Assembly (NCBI GenBank): GCA_050248855.1
Contig: JBFWRP010000007.1
Coordinates: 96,001 to 160,000 of the forward strand
Reading direction: 5' to 3'
DNA from: Planctomycetota bacterium
Lineage (GTDB): Bacteria; Planctomycetota; PLA2; JAEUHO01
Length of the DNA stretch: 64,000 nucleotides
Positions within the stretch are counted from its first letter, which is position 1. Every line of letters starts with the position of its first letter. Below the pieces are notes generated by a model, which was given only the letters and a program-made list of their open reading frames with translations, searched no databases and was not told the DNA's origin. A program made the translations under genes and the position numbers. This document shows positions 57,984 to 64,000 of this stretch, piece after piece.

Positions 57984-59017
57984 CCGGCCACCTCCTCGCC
58001 GCTGTGGACCTCGCCGTGCACGACCTCGAGCAGGGCGCTGACGCTCTCGAGCGGCGTCTCGGGATGCAGGCCGTGGCCGAGGTTGACGATGTGCCCCCGC
58101 GCCGGCATGCGCATCAGGAGGTCGGTGGCAGCCTGTGCCGTGGCCTCGGGTCCGGCGAGCAGCGCGGCGGGGTCCAGGTTGCCCTGCAAGGCCAAGCCCG
58201 CGGGCGCACGCGCGCGCACCTGGGCGAGATCGCTGAGCGGACAGAGACCCAGGCCATCGACGGGCAGGGGGAGATGCAGGTCGAGGGCCTGCGGCGCGCC
58301 GCGCGGGAAGTAGATGGTGGGCACGCCGGCATCGCGCAGCGCCTCGAGCACGCGACGCACATGGGGCAACACCTCGCGTTCCCACGTCGCCTCCGGGACG
58401 AGGCCGGCCCACGAGTCGAACAGCTGCACCACGTCCGCGCCGGCGCGATGCTGGTCGAGCAGGTAGGTGGTGGCGACCTCCGCAAGACGCTCCATGAGCT
58501 CGCCGAAGGCCTTGCTGTCCGACTCGAGGAGCGCGCGCAGGCGCGGGAAGCCCGGGGCACCGCGACCCTCGACGAGGTAGGCGCCGAGCGACCACGGTGC
58601 GCCTGCGAATCCGACAAGCACCGCACGGCCGGCGAGGGCGCTCTTCACGCGCCGCAGTGTGGCCATCACCTCGGGCGCGATCTCCCCGGCGCCGGGCCTG
58701 GGCAACGCACGGATGTCGGCCGCGCTACGGATCGGCTTGTCGATGCGCGGCCCGGGATCGAAGCGGACGTCCACGCCCAAGGCGGCCGCGGGCGACATCA
58801 GGTCCGCGAACACGATGGCCGCATCCATCGGGAAGCGCTCGAGCGGCAGCAGCGTGACCTCGGCCGCAAGGTCGGGGTCGGCGCAGAGCTCCTCGAAGGC
58901 ATGCTGGGCGCGCAAGGCGCGGTACTCGGGCAGGATGCGGCCGGCCTGGCGCATCAGCCAGAGCGGCCGTCGCTCCGTGGACTCGCAGCGCAGGGCGCGG
59001 AGCAGCAGATCGTTCAT
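57980..59017 (-). CDS. hemE: Uroporphyrinogen decarboxylase
   Basis: PLWLMRQAGR.LPEY, DAAIVFADL, GFAGAPW, QLFDSW, LQGNLDP, NLGHG. Confidence 0.96.
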   Translation of the reverse strand: MNDLLLRALRCESTERRPLWLMRQAGRILPEYRALRAQHAFEELCADPDLAAEVTLLPLERFPMDAAIVFADLMSPAAALGVDVRFDPGPRIDKPIRSAADIRALPRPGAGEIAPEVMATLRRVKSALAGRAVLVGFAGAPWSLGAYLVEGRGAPGFPRLRALLESDSKAFGELMERLAEVATTYLLDQHRAGADVVQLFDSWAGLVPEATWEREVLPHVRRVLEALRDAGVPTIYFPRGAPQALDLHLPLPVDGLGLCPLSDLAQVRARAPAGLALQGNLDPAALLAGPEATAQAATDLLMRMPARGHIVNLGHGLHPETPLESVSALLEVVHGEVHSGEEVAG

Positions 59018-59739
59018 GGCGTGAACCCCGGGTCCGTCGTGAAGCGGTAGCCGACGCCCCGCACGGTGTGGAAGTGCAGCGGCGCCTCGGCGTCGCGCTC
59101 GAAGCGCTTGCGCAGCCGCAAGATGAAGTTGTCGATGGTGCGCGTCGAGGGATACACCTCGTAGCCCCACACGACGTCGAGCACGCGCTCGCGCGACACG
59201 ACCTCCCCCTCGCACTCGGCCAGGAGCTTGAGGATCATGGCCTCCTTGTGCGTGAGCTCGTGGCGCCGGCCGTCCCACGCCGTGCCGACGTACGTCCGGA
59301 AGTCGACCTCGTTGCCGCCGAAGCGCAGCCGCGTGCCTGCGGCGCCCGGCCCCTCGTACCAGCGGTAGCGCTTGAGGATGGCCGCCACCCGGAGCAGGAG
59401 CTCGCGCAGCGAGAACGGCTTGGCAAGGTAGTCGTCGCCCCCGCTCTCGAGCCCGGCGATGCGATCGGCTTCCTCGGCGCGCGCCGTCAGGAACAGCACG
59501 GGCACACCCAGGCCTTCCTCACGGGCCGTGCGGCACACGGTGTAACCGTCCAGGCGCGGCAGCATCACGTCGAGCACCACCAAGTCGTGCTCCCGGGCTC
59601 GCAAGCGTTCGAGCGCCCGGGCGCCGTCGCCCACGACTTCGACGGCGTAGCCTTCGGCCTCGAGGTTCTCCGCGATGCCCGCGGCGAGGTTGGGCTCGTC
59701 CTCCACGACCAGGATGCGCGGGGCGGGAACGTCGGCCAT
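59014..59739 (-). CDS. OmpR-family response regulator
   Basis: ILVVEDE, LDVMLP, GGDDYLAKPF, winged helix RTIDNFILRLRK...TVRGVGY. Confidence 0.95.
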   Translation of the reverse strand: MADVPAPRILVVEDEPNLAAGIAENLEAEGYAVEVVGDGARALERLRAREHDLVVLDVMLPRLDGYTVCRTAREEGLGVPVLFLTARAEEADRIAGLESGGDDYLAKPFSLRELLLRVAAILKRYRWYEGPGAAGTRLRFGGNEVDFRTYVGTAWDGRRHELTHKEAMILKLLAECEGEVVSRERVLDVVWGYEVYPSTRTIDNFILRLRKRFERDAEAPLHFHTVRGVGYRFTTDPGFTP

Positions 59740-60785
59740 CACGCCACTTCCTTGGCGACGGGCCACCAGACGCTGAAGCGCGCGCCCCGCCCTGGCCCCG
59801 GGCTCTCGGCGTCGACGCGGCCGCCGTCGAGGCTGACGAGCTTGTCCACGAGGTACAGGCCCAGGCCCGTACCGCGCGTACGACGACGCAGCTCGTCGTC
59901 GGCGCGCCAGAAGCGCGTGAACAGGTGCCGGCGCTGTTCGGCGTCAAAGCCCAGCCCGTCGTCTTCCACGTCGAGGCGCACCCGATCCCCCTCGCGTGCG
60001 GCCGTGACGCGCACCGTGGCGCTGCCCTGGGCTACGCACGACTTGACGGCGTTGTCGATCAGGTTGGCAACCACGAGCCTGACGCTGCGCGGATCGGCAT
60101 GCGCGGCAGCGTCTTCGGAGGCCGTCACGGCGATCGTCACGCCGTGGTCCCCGGCCAGGAAGGGGTCGTGGCGGACGAGATCGGCAGCCAGGGCGCCCAG
60201 CCCGACGCGGTCGCGGCGCACCTGCACGTGACCGGCTTCGAGCCGGGCCACGCCCAGCAGGTTCTCGACCATCGTCTCGAGGCGGTCGACTTCCTGGAGC
60301 ATGCGCTGGCTCAGCTGCTGGCGCTTGGCGTCGTCCTGGGGTCGGATCCCCAGGGTCTCGGCGGACAGCTTGAGGCTGGCCAGCGGGTTCTTCAGCTCGT
60401 GCGTGACGGCGGCCAGCAGGTCCTGCTGACGCGCCATCAGCTGGCGCCACTGCCGAAGCGCCTGGGCGATGATCCACATCCCGGCGGTCAGGACGACGAC
60501 GAAGAACGCACCCTCCCATCCGTAGCGCACCATGTGCCGGTGGCGCTCCTGCTCGAGCCGCTCGCGGTACCCGCGGTCCGCGGGGGGACCGTCGGGTCGT
60601 GCCTGGTCCAGGCGATCGGCTTCCCGGTCCAACACCGCGATGCGTTCGTCGCGCACGTCCGCCGTGTAGCGCGCCTGGTCCAGCAGCCACCACCCCGTCT
60701 GCACGATGCAGATCAGGAGCAGCGCCACGAACACCACTTGCGTGGTGCGCAGGCCGGCAAAGCGAGGGCGCCCGGCGTCCGTCAC
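59739..60785 (-). CDS. Sensor histidine kinase (2 TM helices, short periplasmic loop)
   Basis: VTHELKNPL H-box, NLIDNAVK, DDGLG, GTGLGL. Confidence 0.95.
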   Translation of the reverse strand: MTDAGRPRFAGLRTTQVVFVALLLICIVQTGWWLLDQARYTADVRDERIAVLDREADRLDQARPDGPPADRGYRERLEQERHRHMVRYGWEGAFFVVVLTAGMWIIAQALRQWRQLMARQQDLLAAVTHELKNPLASLKLSAETLGIRPQDDAKRQQLSQRMLQEVDRLETMVENLLGVARLEAGHVQVRRDRVGLGALAADLVRHDPFLAGDHGVTIAVTASEDAAAHADPRSVRLVVANLIDNAVKSCVAQGSATVRVTAAREGDRVRLDVEDDGLGFDAEQRRHLFTRFWRADDELRRRTRGTGLGLYLVDKLVSLDGGRVDAESPGPGRGARFSVWWPVAKEVA

Positions 60786-62059
60786 GAAAGCGCGCTCCCC
60801 CAGGCTGCTGCAAGCCGATCGACGTGCTCGGGCGTGTGCGCCAAGGAGAGGAAGCCGACCTCGTAGGCACTGGGCGCCATGAGGATGCCGTCGTCGAGCA
60901 GGCGGTTGAAGAGACCGCGGAAGCGGTCCGCGGCGTCCGCCGCGATGCGGTCCGGGCGGCGCGTGGGCTCGCCCACGGCGAAGTCGAGCCAGAACACCGA
61001 GCCCACGCGGACGAGCCGTACACCGTGCGGCTCGAGCAAGGGCCTCGCGGCCGCTTCCAGGCGCGCGCCCAAGGCTTCGAGACGCGTCCAGGCATTCTCG
61101 CGCCGAAGGACACGCAGCGCCGTGGCGCCCGCCGCCATGGCGACCGGATTCCCCGAGAGCGTTCCGGCTTGGTAGACGGGCCCCTCGGGGGCGAGCTGGC
61201 GCATCGTGGCGCGCGGCCCGCCGAAGGCCCCCACCGGCATGCCACCGCCCACGACCTTGCCGTACGTCACCAGGTCCGGCGTGATGCCGTAGAGCTCGGC
61301 GGCGCCACCGGGGGCCACGCGGAAGCCGCTGATCACCTCGTCGAAGACAAGCAGCGCACCCGCTTGGCGCGTGAGCGTGCGCAGATGCTCGAGGTACGCT
61401 GGGCGCTGCAGCAGCAACCCGTGGTTGGCCGGAATCGGCTCGATCAGCACGGCGGCGATCGCTGCGCCCTGCTCGCGGAAGAGGCGCGTCGCGGCCTCCT
61501 CGTCATCCAGCGGCAGCACGATCGTCTGGCCGGCGAACGCGGCGGGCACGCCGGCCGAGGAGGGAACCCCGAACGTCGCCAGTCCCGAGCCCGCCTGCAC
61601 GAGCAGATGGTCGGCGTGGCCGTGGTAGCACCCGGCGAGCTTGACGATCTTGTCGCGCCCCGTGACGCCGCGGGCGAGCCGCACGGCGCTCATGACGGCC
61701 TCCGTGCCCGACGACACGAAGCGCACCTGCTCGACGACCGGGCTCAGCTCCGCGAGGATCGACGCGAGCTCGACCTCGCCGGGGCACGGCAGGCCGTACG
61801 TGGTGCCACGCGCTGCCGCCTCGGTGATGGCGGCGATCACCTCCGGGTGCGCGTGGCCCAAGGCCAGGGGGCCCCACGAACCGATGAAGTCCAGGTACGT
61901 GCGCCCGTCGGCGTCGGTCACGTGGGCGCCGCGCGCCGACGTGATGAAAGGCGGCGTACCACCGACCGCTCGGAACGCCCGCACCGGCGAGCTGACGCCT
62001 CCGGGAATCAGGCGGCAGGCCCGTTCGAAGAGACCTTGCGAGCGGGGTCCTGCGGTCAC
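60782..62059 (-). CDS. hemL: Glutamate-1-semialdehyde 2,1-aminomutase
   Basis: IPGGVSSPVRAF, SWGP..LGHA, SGTEA.MSA.RLAR, FDEVISGFR, GKVVGGGMP, YQAGTLSGNP. Confidence 0.97.
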   Translation of the reverse strand: MTAGPRSQGLFERACRLIPGGVSSPVRAFRAVGGTPPFITSARGAHVTDADGRTYLDFIGSWGPLALGHAHPEVIAAITEAAARGTTYGLPCPGEVELASILAELSPVVEQVRFVSSGTEAVMSAVRLARGVTGRDKIVKLAGCYHGHADHLLVQAGSGLATFGVPSSAGVPAAFAGQTIVLPLDDEEAATRLFREQGAAIAAVLIEPIPANHGLLLQRPAYLEHLRTLTRQAGALLVFDEVISGFRVAPGGAAELYGITPDLVTYGKVVGGGMPVGAFGGPRATMRQLAPEGPVYQAGTLSGNPVAMAAGATALRVLRRENAWTRLEALGARLEAAARPLLEPHGVRLVRVGSVFWLDFAVGEPTRRPDRIAADAADRFRGLFNRLLDDGILMAPSAYEVGFLSLAHTPEHVDRLAAAWGSALS

Positions 62060-63060
62060 AGCCAGCCTCCTGCCAACGCGGCGCGCGCGTGGTACGTGAT
62101 GACGGCGTCGGCGCCGGCGCGCCGCATGGCCACGAGGTTCTCGCGCACGACGGCCGCTTCGTCCACCCAGCCTCGATCCGCAGCAGCCCGCACCATGGCG
62201 TACTCGCCCGACACGTTGTAGGCGAACAAGGGCAGCGGGCTCGCCGCACGCACGCGACGGATCACGTCGAGGAACGCCAGGGCCGGCTTGACCAGGAGCG
62301 CGTCGGCGCCCTCGGCTTCGTCGAGCTGGGCCTCGCGCTCGGCCTCCCGGCCGTTGCGCACGTCCATCTGGTAGGCCTTGCGATCCCCGTGGCCGGGAGC
62401 GGACTTGGCTGCTGCGCGGAACGGACCGTAGTAGGCCGAGGCGTACTTCACGGCGTACGACAGGATCCCGGTGTGTTCGAAGCCGGCGGCGTCCAGCCGC
62501 GCGCGGATCGCCGCGACGCGCCCGTCCATCATGTCGCTCGGGGCCACCACGTCGGCACCGGCCTCCGCGTGCGAGAGCGCCGTGTCGGCGAGCGGCGCCA
62601 GCGAGGCGTCGTTCAGCACACGCCCTTCGTGCAGCACGCCGCAATGACCGTGGTCCGTGAAACCGCAGAGGCATACGTCGGTCATGACGAGGAGGTCGTC
62701 GCCGAAGGCCTGCTTCAACGCACGCACCGCGGCAGGCGTGGCGCCGTCGGCATCCCAGGCGGGGGACCCGTGCGCGTCCTTGCTGCCCTCGGGAGCGAGC
62801 CCGAACAGCAGCACCGTGCGCAGACCCAGCTCCATGTCGGCCTCGATCCGGCGCAGCAGGTCCGCGCGCCCCAGCCGGGCGATGTCGGGCAGGGCGTCGA
62901 TGGGCTCGCAGCCCTTCTCCGCCGGCAGGACGAAGTGCGGCATCACGAGGTGCTCGGCGCCCACGTGCGTCTCGGCCACGAGATCGCGCCACACGGCCGA
63001 GGCGCGTCCGCGTCGCGGACGGCTCGAGGGACGCGGCAGATCGCTGGTCGGGTCCTTCAC
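62056..63060 (-). CDS. hemB: Porphobilinogen synthase (Zn-type)
   Basis: DVCLCGFTDHGHCG, APSDMMDGRV, KYASAYYGPFR, VKPAL, YNVSGEY. Confidence 0.97.
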   Translation of the reverse strand: MKDPTSDLPRPSSRPRRGRASAVWRDLVAETHVGAEHLVMPHFVLPAEKGCEPIDALPDIARLGRADLLRRIEADMELGLRTVLLFGLAPEGSKDAHGSPAWDADGATPAAVRALKQAFGDDLLVMTDVCLCGFTDHGHCGVLHEGRVLNDASLAPLADTALSHAEAGADVVAPSDMMDGRVAAIRARLDAAGFEHTGILSYAVKYASAYYGPFRAAAKSAPGHGDRKAYQMDVRNGREAEREAQLDEAEGADALLVKPALAFLDVIRRVRAASPLPLFAYNVSGEYAMVRAAADRGWVDEAAVVRENLVAMRRAGADAVITYHARAALAGGWL

Positions 63061-63794
63061 GCGTTGGCCTCCATGCACACGGCACGCCGCCAAGCGGCCA
63101 CGAGGCCCGCGAGGTCGCGCTGCTCGCTCTCGGCGAACACGTCGCGGCCCGAGGCGCGCACGGCCGCCGAGGTCGTGGGCCCGATCGTGACGAGCCGCAG
63201 CGTGTCGGGCACCACGGCGCGCGCCTGCAGCCCCCTCCAGGCCGATGGGCTCGCGAGGAACACCGCGTCGATGCGGAGCGCGGCGAGGTCCGCGCGCGCG
63301 CCGTCGGGCGCGGCCGCCGCAACGGTGCGGTAGAGCCCGACAGGCCACACGGGGATGCCCGCCGCGTCGAGGGACGCCACGCCGTCGGGTGCGCCGTCGG
63401 CGGCGCCCAGCCAGAGCACGCCGCGCGGGCGCGGCTCGAGCACGGCGAGGTCGCTGGCCAACGACGCTCCCGTGCCCGCCGACGCCACCACGTCGACGCG
63501 GCCGAAGGAGGCGCGCAGCGCCTCGGCCGTTGCCCGGCCCACCGCGGCGAGGCGCACGGCGGGCGAGGGCACGGTCGGCAGGGCGGCCGCGCGCCGGACG
63601 GCGCGCGGCGAGACGAAGGCCCAGAGGTCCGCGCCGTCCGCGTGCGCGCAGATCCGCCGTGCGGCATCCTCGACCGCCTGGATCTCGAGGCAGGGGAGAT
63701 CGACGCCCTCCAGGCCCGCGGCCGCGAGCGCCTGCGACCACCACGCGTTGTCCGCGGCCGTGCGCGTGAGGAGGATGCGCGCCGTCGCCGTCAT
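63057..63794 (-). CDS. hemD: Uroporphyrinogen-III synthase
   Basis: ILLTR, FVSPRAV, AAVGRATA, LYRT, FLASPSA, IGPTTSA. Confidence 0.9.
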   Translation of the reverse strand: MTATARILLTRTAADNAWWSQALAAAGLEGVDLPCLEIQAVEDAARRICAHADGADLWAFVSPRAVRRAAALPTVPSPAVRLAAVGRATAEALRASFGRVDVVASAGTGASLASDLAVLEPRPRGVLWLGAADGAPDGVASLDAAGIPVWPVGLYRTVAAAAPDGARADLAALRIDAVFLASPSAWRGLQARAVVPDTLRLVTIGPTTSAAVRASGRDVFAESEQRDLAGLVAAWRRAVCMEANA

Positions 63795-64000
63795 CGCGTG
63801 AGCTCGCGTCGCGGTGGACGCAGCGCATCGTGCACGCGCGTCACCACGAGGGTCGGGTCCACGCACTCCGCCACGGCGCGTCTGAGCGCGCCATCGACCT
63901 CGAGCATGCCGTGCAGGCGCAGGCGCCGTCCGGCCCCCGGCTCGCACCAGCCGCCGAACGCGACGCTGCAGCCGGCGTCGAGCGCTGCCAGCAGCGCGCG
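63791..64000 (-). CDS. hemC: Hydroxymethylbilane synthase, C-terminal part (start outside window)
   Basis: Manual translation RALLAALDAGCSVAFGG... contains the cofactor-binding Cys region; its stop overlaps the hemD start (ATGA). Confidence 0.85.
   Translation of the reverse strand, partial: RALLAALDAGCSVAFGGWCEPGAGRRLRLHGMLEVDGALRRAVAECVDPTLVVTRVHDALRPPRRELTR

Overview
Chromosomal segment of a very GC-rich bacterium (about 70-75% by eye). The gene content (DUF1570-type metallopeptidase, several carboxypeptidase-regulatory-like repeat proteins, HEAT-repeat proteins, a membrane Ser/Thr kinase, signal-peptide SodN) suggests Planctomycetota; this is an inference. About 50 CDS and one tRNA-Gly(GCC) are supported. 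Housekeeping anchors are ligA (5' truncated), uppP, htpX, sodN, a dus gene, a BtuCDF/FecCDE-type ABC importer, and a translationally coupled heme operon (hemC'-hemD-hemB-hemL-[HK-RR]-hemE-hemN-hemY) with an embedded two-component system. No CRISPR array, integrase or transposase was recognised. Most notable observations: (1) three exported paralogs (47.3-55.1 kb) that fuse an unknown N-terminal domain to a SecD-like periplasmic P1 domain and stop just before the transmembrane part; two share a structured upstream element. (2) A LicD-family protein that looks like the catalytic domain of animal fukutin-related protein (FKRP), including the C-x6-C-x20-CC zinc-finger spacing. (3) A 44-codon Cys-rich lipoprotein missing from the ORF track. 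(4) A coupled coiled-coil/DUF6384 three-gene operon. (5) A TetR gene with two clear palindromic operators. All family assignments come from motif recognition by eye, not database searches.
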